Below, in pieces: positions 9,218 to 23,100 of a DNA stretch of 64,000 nucleotides. The notes below the pieces were generated by a model. That model made no database searches. It worked only from the letters and a program-made list of their open reading frames with translations, and was not told where the DNA came from. Source of the DNA: Eledone cirrhosa (Eukaryota). How positions within the stretch are numbered: position 1 is the stretch's first letter; each line of letters begins with the position of its first letter. The stretch spans positions 27,218,001-27,282,000 of the forward strand of contig OZ024752.1 of NCBI GenBank assembly GCA_964016885.1. Direction: 5' to 3'. The position numbers were made by a program, and so were the translations under genes.

Positions 9218-9766
9218 TAAGTATGTATACGTACATGCATATATGTATACAGACGTACAGTAGTATCTATATGCATACATACATGCACACATATATATAT
9301 GTACGTATGGGTTTACCGAACATTTATTATAATGCTCGATTTGTTTGTAAACAAACAGCCCGAATTATTAGCCATACAGTGTTGCCCTTTCGCTCAACAC
9401 TGACAAAGGAACGATGAACTAGTTTCTAGCTTATTATCTGTCATCAGCACCGTATACCTTCCTGTCAGTCGATTGAACGTTTGAAAGTATATACTTTCTT
9501 TATGCATATTAACGGCTGAGCAGCCTAATTTGCATATCGAGTGAGTTAGTCGGCCAGGTGTACAGAAAACGATAAATGGAAAAAATGAAATTTCATTTCT
9601 CAATCTTAGTACGGCTGATACTTAAATATAAGTATGTTTACGTACATACATATATGTATACAGACGTACAGTAGTATATCTATACATACATGCACACATA
9701 TATATATGTACGTATGGGTTTACCGAACATTTATTATAATGCTCGGTTTGTTTGTAAACAAACAGG
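9218..9766 (-). mobile_element. inverted, more diverged ~1.3-unit copy of the 468-bp retrozyme-like family
   Basis: Reverse complement of CTACTGTACGTCTGTATACATATATG, GAAAGTATATACTTTC, TATGCAAATTAGGCTGCTCAGCCGTTAAT and other blocks. Confidence 0.88.
9411..9453 (-). ncRNA. hammerhead ribozyme, partly degenerate
   Basis: Minus strand ACGGTG-CTGATGA-CAGATAATAAGCTA-GAAA-CTAG-TT^CATCGT. Core intact, stem II weakened, triplet GUU. Confidence 0.7.
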
Positions 9767-9778
9767 GCGAAATTATTA

Positions 9779-9823
9779 TACTCTGCTGAGTAATGGTCTA
9801 ACTGGTTTTTACTGCATCCATTT

Positions 9824-9876
<53 letters not shown>

Positions 9877-9922
9877 AGAATGGATGCAGTAAAAACCAGT
9901 CAGACCATTACTCAGCAGAGTA
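9779..9922. repeat. ~50-bp inverted repeat arms around a central (TA)n
   Basis: TACTCTGCTGAGTAATGGTCTAACTGGTTTTTACTGCATCCATTTTGATA / TGTCAGAATGGATGCAGTAAAAACCAGTCAGACCATTACTCAGCAGAGTA, 3 mismatches. Confidence 0.92.
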
Positions 9923-10049
9923 CACGGTACTTGGGTTAGTAGTGTGAGCGCAATATGAGAAAATTCGGGACCACGACCCTGAGATCCTGCCGTTTCAACA
10001 GCTAGATCAAACTGTAGGAGGTCAGCCTCCAGTGTCCCGAATTTTTTCA

Positions 10050-10050
<1 letters not shown>
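9873..10050 (-). mobile_element. distant third member of the fold-back/pLTR-like family
   Basis: Colinear motifs GACCAT.AC.CA.CAGAGTAC...TACTT...TAGTAG.GTG...GCCGTTTC.AC.GCTA. Internal inverted repeat ATGAGAAAATTCGGGAC/GTCCCGAATTTTTTCAT. (TA)n flanks. Confidence 0.6.
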
Positions 10051-10183
<133 letters not shown>

Positions 10184-10499
10184 GACAAACACAACCAGAA
10201 GCCTAACATTAATTATGTAGGCGGACAGTACTTGATTTAGGAGTCGCAGAGACCCAAATAGTGGATTTTACCAACATTCCAGGAGTCCGGGTAAATTTTC
10301 AATCACATATATTTTTATTGTTTCACCCGAATTACTTGGTCGTTTCTTTGGCTGTGCTGATGTTTGTTTAACCATCATCTCAGTGTGTTTGGCCTTTAAC
10401 GTATGTTGTAGCTCTGGTTCATCTGAATCATCGAGCGCTTGCCACACATCTCGGAAGTTGTTTTTCGTTAATTCCTAAGCCGAAATATGATTCTCACTA

Positions 10500-10502
<3 letters not shown>

Positions 10503-10585
<83 letters not shown>

Positions 10586-10590
10586 ATATA
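10503..10590. repeat. (TA)n/(TG)n microsatellite
   Basis: Read directly. Confidence 0.95.
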
Positions 10591-11070
10591 TGCAAAACAT
10601 AAATATATATAACAATGAAAACGACGCAGTTCAATGAGGAAATATATTAATTTAATGCCTGATATAGTAGGAAAAGAATCTGAACGTTTCGGTCACTAGT
10701 CCTTCATCAGTAGATAGAATAAGAAGTAAAAGATGAAATAGAATGATAGAGAGTGAGAAGAGGGAAGGTGAAACAGAAAAAATATGTGAGTATTCTGTCA
10801 ACCATTTAATATAATATACATGCAGTATTTTCCTGTCGTCAAAAATGATAAGTTGTAATCGATATAAATTACAATATCTAACACACCAGGGCGTGTTAAT
10901 ATCATTCACATGTTATGTATGTATTCTTATCTTTATTACATCTCTATATATCATGAGATTCTTGAAAATACATAAACGCATTCCACCTTCTACAGATTTA
11001 CTAAGCTCAGAAATATTCGTGATTGTGAAAGTCTTTTATATTATTTGACTGGTACCTGTTATGGATAAAC
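10590..11070 (-). mobile_element. 3' end/pLTR remnant of a second Penelope-like element
   Basis: Minus-strand hammerhead at 10678-10715. Upstream on the minus strand is a decayed frame KTFTITNISELSKSVEGGMRLCIFKNLMIYRD...VND, loosely like a PLE GIY-YIG C-terminus. The 3' end abuts a microsatellite. Confidence 0.55.
10678..10715 (-). ncRNA. Penelope-type minimal hammerhead ribozyme
   Basis: Minus strand ATCTA-CTGATGA-AGGACTAGTGACC-GAAA-CGTT-CAGAT. Core intact, palindromic AACGTT, stem I ATCT/AGAT. Confidence 0.7.
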
Positions 11071-11194
11071 GAATGCACTGCAGCAGTGTAATAACAATAT
11101 CATCGAAACAAATGGCAATAACCACATGTAACAGAACAACAATCTTTTAAGAACCAACAATCCAACACGCTAACTCGAACTGCGAACTTGAACT

Positions 11195-14100
11195 CCAACT
11201 TCGTCTATCAACACACAAACTGTGGAACTAGTACCAACTACGGCTATCAACACACAAACTGTGGAACTAGTACCAACTTCGGCTATCAACACACAAACTG
11301 TGGAATTAGTAACAACTTCGGCTATCAACACACAAACTGTGGAACTAGTACCAACTTCGTCTATCAACACATAAACTGTGGAATTAGTACCAACTTCGTC
11401 TATCAACACACAAACTGTGGAATTAGTACCAACTTCGTCTATCAACACACAAACTGTGGAACTAGTACAAACTTCGTCTATCAACACACAAACTGTGTAA
11501 CTAGTACCAACTTCGGCTATCAACACACAAACTGTGGAATTAGTACCAACTTCGTCTATCAACACACAAACTGTGGAACTAGTACCAACTTCGGCTATCA
11601 ACACACAATCTGTGGAATTAGTACCAACTTCGTGTATCAACACACAAACTGTGGAACTAGTACCAACTTCGTCTATCAACACACAAGCTGTGGAATTAGT
11701 ACAAACTTCGTCTATCAACACACAAACTGTGGAACTAGTACCAACTTCGTCTATCAACACACAAACTGTGGAACTAGTACCAACTTCGTCTATCAACACA
11801 CAAACTGTGGAATTAGTACCAACTTCGTCTATCAACACAACAACTGTGGAATTAGTACCAACTTTGACTATCAACACACAAACTGTGGAACTAGTACAGA
11901 CTTCGTCTATCAACACACGAATTGTGGAACTAGTACCAACTTCGACTATCAACACACAAACTGTGGAACTAGTACAGACTTCGTCTATCAACACACAACT
12001 TGTGGAACTAGTACCAACTTCGACTATCAACACACAAATTGTGGAACTAGTACCAACTTCGACTATCAACACACAAACTGTGGAATTAGTACCAACTTCG
12101 TCTATCAACACACAAACTGTGGAACTAGTACCAACTTCTTCTATCAACACACAAACTGTGGAACTAGTCTCAACTTCGTCTATCAACACACAAACTGTGG
12201 AACTAGTACCAACTTCGGCTATCAACACACAAACTGTGGAACTAGTACCAACTTCGTCTATTAACACACAAACTGTGGAACTAGTACCAACTTCGTCTAT
12301 CAACACACAAACTGTGGAACTAGTACCAACTTCGGCTATCAACACACAAACTGTGGAACTAGTACCAACTTTGGCTATCAACACACAAACTGTGGAACTA
12401 GTACCAACTTTGGCTATCAACACACAACCTGACGAACTAGTACCAACCTCGTCTATCAACACACAAACTGTGGAACTAGTACCAACTTCGGATGTCAACA
12501 CACAAACTGTGGAACTAGTACCAACTTCGGGTATCAACACACAAACTGTGGACCTAGTACCAATTTCGTATATCCACACACCATCTGTGGAACTAGTACC
12601 AACTTCGGTTATCAACACACAAACTGTGGAGCTAGTACCAACTTCGTCTATCAACACACAAACTGTGGAACTAGTACCAATTTCGTCTATCAACACACAA
12701 TGTATGGAACTAGTACCAACTTCGTCTATCAACACACATTGTGTGGAATTAGTACCAACTTCGTCTATCAAGACACAAACTGTGGAACTAGTACCAACTT
12801 CGGCTATCAACACACAATGTGTGGAACTAGTACCAACTTCGTCTATCAACACACAAACTGTGGAACTAGTACCAACTTCGTCTATCAACACACAAACTGT
12901 GGAATTAGTACCAACTTCGTCTATCAACACACAAACTGTGGAACTAGTACCAACTTCGTCTATCAACACACAAACTGTGGAACTAGTACCAACTTCGGCT
13001 ATCAACACACAGACTGTGGAACTAGTACAGACTTCGTCTATCAACACACAAACTGTGGAACTAGTACCAACTTCGTCTATCAACACACAAACTGTGGAAC
13101 TAGTACCAACTTCTTCTATCAACACACAAACTGTGCAACTAGTACCAACTTCGGCTATCAACACACAAACTGTGGAACTAGTACCAACTTCGTCTATCAA
13201 CACACAAACTGTGGAACTAGTACCAACTTCTTCTATCAACACACAAACTGTGGAACTAGTACCAACTTCGTCTATCAACACACAAACTGTGGAACTAGTA
13301 CCAACTTCGGCTATCAACACACAGACTGTGGAACTAGTACAGACTTCGTCTATCAACACACAAACTGTGGAACTAGTACCGACTTCGGCTATCAACACAC
13401 AAATTGTGGAACTAGTACCAACTTCGACTATCAACACACAAACTGTGGAACTAGTACCAACTTCTTCTATCAACACACAAACTGTGGAACTAGTACCAAC
13501 TTCGACTATCAACACACAAACTGTGGAACTAGTACCAACTTCGACTATCAACACACAAACTGTGGAACTAGTACCAACTTCGGCTATCAACACACAAACT
13601 GTGCAACTGGTACCAACTTCGGCTATCAACACACAAACTGTGGAACTAGTACCAACTTCTTCTATCAACACACAAACTGTGCAACTAGTACCAACTTCGG
13701 CTATCAACACACAAACTGTGGAACTAGTACCAACTTCGTCTATCAACACACAAACTGTGGAACTAGTACCAACTTCTTCTATAAACACACAAACTGTGGA
13801 ACTAGTACCAACTTCGACTATCAACACACAAACTGTGGAACTAGTACCAACTTCTTCTATCAACACACAAACTGTGCAACTGGTACCAACCTCGGCTATC
13901 AACACACAAACTGTGGAACTAGTACAAACTACGGCTATCAACACACAAACTGTGGAACTAGTACCAACTTCGGCTATCAACACACAAACTGTGGAATTAG
14001 TACCAACTTCGGCTATCAACACACAAACTGTGGAACTAGTACAAACTTCGTCTATCAACACACAAACTGTGGAACTAGTACCAACTTCGTCTATCAACAC

Positions 14101-17100
14101 ACAAACTGTGGAACTAGTACCAACTTCGGCTATCAACACACAAACTGTGGAACTAGTACCAACTTCGGCTATCAACACACACAAACTGTGGAATTAGTAC
14201 CAACTTCGGCTATCAACACACAAACTGTGGAACTAGTACCAACTTCGTCTATCAACACATAAACTGTGGAATTAGTACCAACTTCGTCTATCAACACACA
14301 AACTGTGGAATTAGTACCAACTTCGTCTATCAACACACAAACTGTGGAACTAGTACAAACTTCGTCTATCAACACACAAACTGTGGAACTAGTACCAACT
14401 TCGGCTATCAACACACAATCTGTGGAATTAGTACCAACTTCGTCTATCAACACACAAACTGTGGAACTAGTACCGACTTCGTCTATCAACACACAATCTG
14501 TGGAACTAGTACCAACTTCGTCTATCAACACACAAACTGTGGAACTAGTACCAACTTCGACTATCAACACACAAGCTGTGGAATTAGTAGAAACTTCGTC
14601 TATCAACACACAAACTGTGGAACTAGTACCAACTTCGTCTATCAACACACAAACTGTGGAACTAGTACCAACTTCGTCTATCAACACACAAACTGTGGAA
14701 CTAGTACAGACTTCGTCTATCAACACACAAACTGTGGAACTAGTACCAACTTCGACTATCAACACTCAAATTGTGGAACTAGTACCAACTTCGACTATCA
14801 ACACACAAACTGTGGAACTAGTACCAACTTCTTCTATCAACACACAAACTGTGGAACTAGTACCAACTTCGGCTATCAACACACAATCTGTGGAATTAGA
14901 ACCAACTTCGTCTATCAACACACAAACTGTGGACCTGGTACCAACTTCGGCTATCAACACACAATGTGTGGAACTAGTCTCAACTTCGTCTATCAACACA
15001 CAAACTGTGGAACTAGTACCAACTTCGGCTATCAACACACAAACTGTGGAACTAGTACCAACTTCGTCTATCAACACACAAACTGTGGAACTAGTACCAA
15101 CTTCGTCTATCAACACACAAACTGTGGAACTAGTACCAACTTTGGCTATCAACACACAAACTGTGGAACTAGTACCAAATTTGGCTATCAACACACAACC
15201 TGACGAACTAGTACCAACCTCGTCTATCAACACACAAACTGTGGAACTAGTACCAACTTCGGATGTCAACACACAAACTGTGGAACTAGTACTAACTTCG
15301 GCTATCAACACACAAACTGTGGACCTAGTACCAATTTCGTCTATCCACACACAAACTGTGGAACTAGTAACAACTTCTTCTATCAACACACAAACTGTGC
15401 AACTGGTACCAACTTCGGCTATCAACACACAAACTGTGGAACTAGTACAAACTACGGCTATCAACACACAAACTGTGGAACTAGTACCAACTTCGGCTAT
15501 CAACACACAAACTGTGGAATTAGTACCAACTTCGGCTATCAACACACAAACTGTGGAACTAGTACCAACTTCGTCTATCAACACATAAACTGTGGAATTA
15601 GTACCAACTTCGTCTATCAACACACAAACTGTGGAATTAGTACCAACTTCGTCAATCAACACACAAACTGTGGAACTAGTACAAACTTCGTCTATCAACA
15701 CACAAACTGTGGAACTAGTACCAACTTCGTCTATCAACACACAAATTGTGGAACTAGTACCAACTTCGGCTATCAACACACAAACTGTGGAACTATTACC
15801 AACTTCGGCTATCAACACACAAACTGTGGAATTAGTACCAACTTCGGCTATCAACACACAAACTGTGGAACTAGTACCAACTTCGTCTATCAACACATAA
15901 ACTGTGGAATTAGTACCAACTTCGTCTATCAACACACAAACTGTGGAATTAGTACCAACTTCGTCTATCAACACACAAACTGTGGAACTAGTACAAACTT
16001 CGTCTATCAACACACAAACTGTGGAACTAGTACAGACTTCGTCTATCAACACACAAATTGTGGAACTAGTACCAACTTCGACTATCAACACACGAATTGT
16101 GGAACTAGTACCAACTTCGACTATCAACACACAAACTGTGGAACTAGTACCAACTTCTTCTATCAACACACAAACTGTGCAACTGGTACCAACCTCGGCT
16201 ATCAACACACAAACTGTGGAACTAGTACAAACTACGGCTATCAACACACAAACTGTGGAACTAGTACCAACTTCGGCTATCAACACACAAACTGTGGAAT
16301 TAGTACCAACTTCGGCTATCAACACACAAACTGTGGAACTAGTACAAACTTCGTCTATCAACACACAAACTGTGGAACTAGTACCAACTTCGTCTATCAA
16401 CACACAAACTGTGGAACTAGTACCAACTTCGGCTATCAACACACAAACTGTGGAACTAGTACCAACTTCGGCTATCAACACACACAAACTGTGGAATTAG
16501 TACCAACTTCGGCTATCAACACACAAACTGTGGAACTAGTACCAACTTCGTCTATCAACACATAAACTGTGGAATTAGTACCAACTTCGTCTATCAACAC
16601 ACAAACTGTGGAATTAGTACCAACTTCGTCTATCAACACACAAACTGTGGAACTAGTACAAACTTCGTCTATCAACACACAAACTGTGGAACTAGTACCA
16701 ACTTCGGCTATCAACACACAATCTGTGGAATTAGTACCAACTTCGTCTATCAACACACAAACTGTGGAACTAGTACCGACTTCGTCTATCAACACACAAT
16801 CTGTGGAACTAGTACCAACTTCGTCTATCAACACACAAACTGTGGAACTAGTACCAACTTCGACTATCAACACACAAGCTGTGGAATTAGTAGAAACTTC
16901 GTCTATCAACACACAAACTGTGGAACTAGTACCAACTTCGTCTATCAACACACAAACTGTGGAACTAGTACCAACTTCGTCTATCAACACACAAACTGTG
17001 GAACTAGTACAGACTTCGTCTATCAACACACAAACTGTGGAACTAGTACCAACTTCGACTATCAACACTCAAATTGTGGAACTAGTACCAACTTCGACTA

Positions 17101-20100
17101 TCAACACACAAACTGTGGAACTAGTACCAACTTCTTCTATCAACACACAAACTGTGGAACTAGTACCAACTTCGGCTATCAACACACAATCTGTGGAATT
17201 AGAACCAACTTCGTCTATCAACACACAAACTGTGGACCTGGTACCAACTTCGGCTATCAACACACAATGTGTGGAACTAGTCTCAACTTCGTCTATCAAC
17301 ACACAAACTGTGGAACTAGTACCAACTTCGGCTATCAACACACAAACTGTGGAACTAGTACCAACTTCGTCTATCAACACACAAACTGTGGAACTAGTAC
17401 CAACTTCGTCTATCAACACACAAACTGTGGAACTAGTACCAACTTTGGCTATCAACACACAAACTGTGGAACTAGTACCAAATTTGGCTATCAACACACA
17501 ACCTGACGAACTAGTACCAACCTCGTCTATCAACACACAAACTGTGGAACTAGTACCAACTTCGGATGTCAACACACAAACTGTGGAACTAGTACTAACT
17601 TCGGCTATCAACACACAAACTGTGGACCTAGTACCAATTTCGTCTATCCACACACAAACTGTGGAACTAGTAACAACTTCTTCTATCAACACACAAACTG
17701 TGCAACTGGTACCAACTTCGGCTATCAACACACAAACTGTGGAACTAGTACAAACTACGGCTATCAACACACAAACTGTGGAACTAGTACCAACTTCGGC
17801 TATCAACACACAAACTGTGGAATTAGTACCAACTTCGGCTATCAACACACAAACTGTGGAACTAGTACCAACTTCGTCTATCAACACATAAACTGTGGAA
17901 TTAGTACCAACTTCGTCTATCAACACACAAACTGTGGAATTAGTACCAACTTCGTCAATCAACACACAAACTGTGGAACTAGTACAAACTTCGTCTATCA
18001 ACACACAAACTGTGGAACTAGTACCAACTTCGTCTATCAACACACAAATTGTGGAACTAGTACCAACTTCGGCTATCAACACACAAACTGTGGAACTATT
18101 ACCAACTTCGGCTATCAACACACAAACTGTGGAATTAGTACCAGCTTCGGCTATCAACACACAAACTGTGGAACTAGTACCAACTTCGTCTATCAACACA
18201 TAAACTGTGGAATTAGTACCAACTTCGTCTATCAACACACAAACTGTGGAATTAGTACCAACTTCGTCTATCAACACACAAACTGTGGAACTAGTACAAA
18301 CTTCGTCTATCAACACACAAACTGTGGAACTAGTACAGACTTCGTCTATCAACACACAAATTGTGGAACTAGTACCAACTTCGACTATCAACACACGAAT
18401 TGTGGAACTAGTACCAACTTCGACTATCAACACACAAACACTGGAATTAGTACCAACTTCTTCTATCAACACACAAACTGTGGAACTAGTACCAACTTCG
18501 GCTATCAACACACAATCTGTGGAATTAGAACCAACTTCGTCTATCAACACACAAACTGTGGACCTGGTACCAACTTCGGCTATCAACACACAATCTGTGG
18601 AACTAGTCTCAACTTCGTCTATCAACACACAAACTGTGGAACTAGTACCAACTTCGGCTATCAACACACAAACTGTGGAACTAGTACCAACTTCGTCTAT
18701 CAACACACAAACTGTGGAACTAGTACCAACTTCGTCTATCAACACACAAACTGTAGAACTAGTACCAACTTCGACTATCAACACACAAACTGTGGAACTA
18801 GTACCAACTTTGGCTATCAACACACAAACTGTGGAACTAGTACCAACTTTGGCTATCAACACACAACCTGACGAACTAGTACCAACCTCGTCTATCAACA
18901 CACAAACTGTGGAACGAGTACCAACTTCGGATGTCAACACACAAACTGTGGAACTAGTACCAACTTCGGCTATCAACACACAAATTGTGGACCTAGTACC
19001 AATTTCGTCTATTAACACACAAACTGTGGAACTAGTACCGACTTCGTCTATCAACACACAATCTGTGGAATTAGTACCAACTTCGTCTATCAACACACAA
19101 ACTGTGGAACTAGTACCAACTTCGTCTATCAACATACAAACTGTAGAACTAGTACCAACTTCGACTATCAACACACAAACTGTGGAACTAGTACCAACTT
19201 TGGCTATCAACACACAAACTGTGGAACTAGTACCAACTTTGGCTATCAACACACAACCTGACGAACTAGTACCAACCTCGTCTATCAACACACAAACTGT
19301 GGAACGAGTACCAACTTCGGATGTCAACACACAAACTGTGGAACTAGTACCAACTTCGGCTATCAACACACAATCTGTGGAATTAGTACCAACTTCGTCT
19401 ATCAACACACAAACTGTGGAACTAGTACCGACTTCGTCTATCAACACACAATCTGTGGAATTAGTACCAACTTCGTCTATCAACACACAAACTGTGGAAC
19501 TAGTACCAACTTCGACTATCAACACACAAGCTGTGGAATTAGTAGAAACTTCGTCTATCAACACACAAACTGTGGAACTAGTACCAACTTCGTCTATCAA
19601 CACACAAACTGTGGAACTAGTACCAACTTCGTCTATCAACACACAAACTGTGGAACTAGTACAGACTTCGTCTATCAACACACAAACTGTGGAACTAGTA
19701 CCAACTTCGACTATCAACACACAAATTGTGGAACTAGTACCAACTTCGACTATCAACACACAAACTGTGGAACTAGTACCAACTTCTTCTATCAACACAC
19801 AAACTGTGGACCTGGTACCAACTTCGGCTATCAACACACAATGTGTGGAACTAGTCTCAACTTCGTCTATCAACACACAAACTGTGGAACTAGTACCAAC
19901 TTCGGATATCAACACACAAACTGTGGAACTAGTACCAACTTCGTCTATCAACACACAAACTGTGGAACTAGTACCAACTTCGTCTATCAACACACAAACT
20001 GTGGAACTAGTACCAACTTCGACTATCAACACACAAACTGTGGAACTAGTACCAACTTTGGCTATCAACACACAAACTGTGGAACTAGTACCAAATTTGG

Positions 20101-23100
20101 CTATCAACACACAACCTGACGAACTAGTACCAACCTCGTCTATCAACACACAAACTGTGCAACTAGTACCAACTTCGGATGTCAACACACAAACTGTGGA
20201 ACTAGTACTAACTTCGGCTATCAACACACAAACTGTGGACCTAGTACCGATTTCGTCTATCCACACACAAACTGTGGAACTAGTACCAACTTCTTCTATC
20301 AACACACAAACTGTGCAACTGGTACCAACTTCGGCTATCAACAAACAAACTGTGGAACTAGTACAAACTACGGCTATCAACACACAAACTGTGGAACTAG
20401 TACCAACTTCGGCTATCAACACACAAACTGTGGAATTAGTACCAACTTCGGCTATCAACACACAAACTGTGGAACTAGTACCAACTTCGTCTATCAACAC
20501 ATAAACTGTGGAATTAGTACCAACTTCGTCTATCAACACACAAACTGTGGAATTAGTACCAACTTCGTCAATCAACACACAAACTGTGGAACTAGTACAA
20601 ACTTCGTCTATCAACACACAAACTGTGGAACTAGTACCAACTTCGTCTATCAACACACAAATTGTGGAACTAGTACCAACTTCGGCTATCAACACACAAA
20701 CTGTGGAACTAGTACCAACTTCGGCTATCAACACACAAACTGTGGAATTAGTACCAACTTCGGCTATCAACACACAAACTGTGGAACTAGTACCAACTTC
20801 GTCTATCAACACATAAACTGTGGAATTAGTACCAACTTCGTCTATCAACACACAAACTGTGGAATTAGTACCAACTTCGTCTATCAACACACAAACTGTG
20901 GAACTAGTACAAACTTCGTCTATCAACACACAAACTGTGGAACTAGTACCAACTTCGGCTATCAACACACAATCTGTGGAATTAGTACCAACTTCGTCTA
21001 TCAACACACAAACTGTGGAACTAGTACCAACTGCGGCTATCAACACACAATCTGTGGAATTAGTACCAACTTCGTCTATCAACACACAAGCTGTTGAATT
21101 AGTACAAACTTCGTCTATCAACACACAAACTGTGGAACTAGTACCAACTTCGTCTATCAACACACAAACTGTGGAACTAGTACCAACTTCGTCTATCAAC
21201 ACACAAACTGTGGAACTAGTACAGACTTCGTCTATCAACACACAAATTGTGGAACTAGTACCAACTTCGACTATCAACACACGAATTGTGGAACTAGTAC
21301 CAACTTCGACTATCAACACACAAACACTGGAATTAGTACCAACTTCTTCTATCAACACACAAACTGTGGAACTAGTACCAACTTCGGCTATCAACACACA
21401 ATCTGTGGAATTAGAACCAACTTCGTCTATCAACACACAAACTGTGGACCTGGTACCAACTTCGGCTATCAACACACAATCTGTGGAACTAGTCTCAACT
21501 TCGTCTATCAACACACAAACTGTGGAACTAGTACCAACTTCGGCTATCAACACACAAACTGTGGAACTAGTACCAACTTCGTCTATCAACACACAAACTG
21601 TGGAACTAGTACCAACTTCGTCTATCAACACACAAACTGTAGAACTACTACCAACTTCGACTATCAACACACAAACTGTGGAACTAGTACCAACTTTGGC
21701 TATCAACACACAAACTGTGGAACTAGTACCAACTTTGGCTATCAACACACAACCTGACGAACTAGTACCAACCTCGTCTATCAACACACAAACTGTGGAA
21801 CGAGTACCAACTTCGGATGTCAACACACAAACTGTGGAACTAGTACCAACTTCGGCTATCAACACACAAATTGTGGACCTAGTACCAATTTCGTCTATCC
21901 ACACACAAACTGTGGAACTAGTACCAACTTCGGTTGTCAACACACAAACTGTGGAGCTAGTACCAACTTCGTCTATCAAGACGCAAACTGTGGAACTAGT
22001 ACCAACTTCGGCTATCAACACACAATGTGTGGAACTAGTACCAACTTCGTCTATCAACACACAAACTGTGGAACTAGTACCAACTTCGGCTATCAACACA
22101 CAATCTGTGGAATTAGTACCAACTTCGTCTATCAACACACAAACTGTGGAACTAGTACCAACTTCGTCTATCAACACACAAGCTGTGGAATTAGTACAAA
22201 CTTCGTCTATCAACACACAAACTGTGGAACTAGTACCAACTTCGTCTATCAACACACAATCTGTGGAACTAGTACCAACTTCGTCTATCAACACACAAAC
22301 TGTGGAACTAGTACAGACTTCGTCTATCAACACACAAATTGTGGAACTAGTACCAACTTCGACTATCAACACACAAATTGTGGAACTAGTACCAACTTCG
22401 ACTATCAACACACAAACTGTGGAATTAGTACCAACTTCTTCTATCAACACACAAACTGTGGAACTAGTACCAACTTCGGCTATCAACACACAATCTGTGG
22501 AATTAGAACCAACTTCGTCTATCAACACACAAACTGTGGACCTGGTACCAACTTCGGCTATCAACACACAATCTGTGGAACTAGTCTCAACTTCGTCTAT
22601 CAACACACAAACTGTGGAACTAGTACCAACTTCGGCTATCAACACACAAACTGTGGAACTAGTACCAACTTCGTCTATCAACACACAAACTGTGGAACTA
22701 GTACCAACTTCGTCTATCAACACACAAACTGTGGAACTAGTACCAACTTCGACTATCAACACACAAACTGTGGAACTAGTACCAACTTTGGCTATCAACA
22801 CACAGACTGTGGAACTACTACCAACTTTGGCTATCAACACACAACCTGACGAACTAGTACCAACCTCGTCTATCAACACACAAACTGTGGAACTAGTACC
22901 AACTTCGGATGTCAACACACAAACTGTGGAACTAGTACCAACTTCGGCTATCAACACACAAACTGTGGACCTAGTACCAATTTCGTCTATCCACACACAA
23001 ACTGTGGAACTAGTACCAACTTCGGTTATCAACACACAAACTGTGGAGCTAGTACCAACTATGTCTATCAAGACACAAACTGTGGAACTAGTACCAACTT

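Noticed and set aside
10240-10470. Weak piggyBac-like peptides (+ DFTNIPGVRV...FLLF; - VWQALDDSDE)
   Set aside because: Too short, on opposite strands, with no TIR/TTAA support; would need tblastn.
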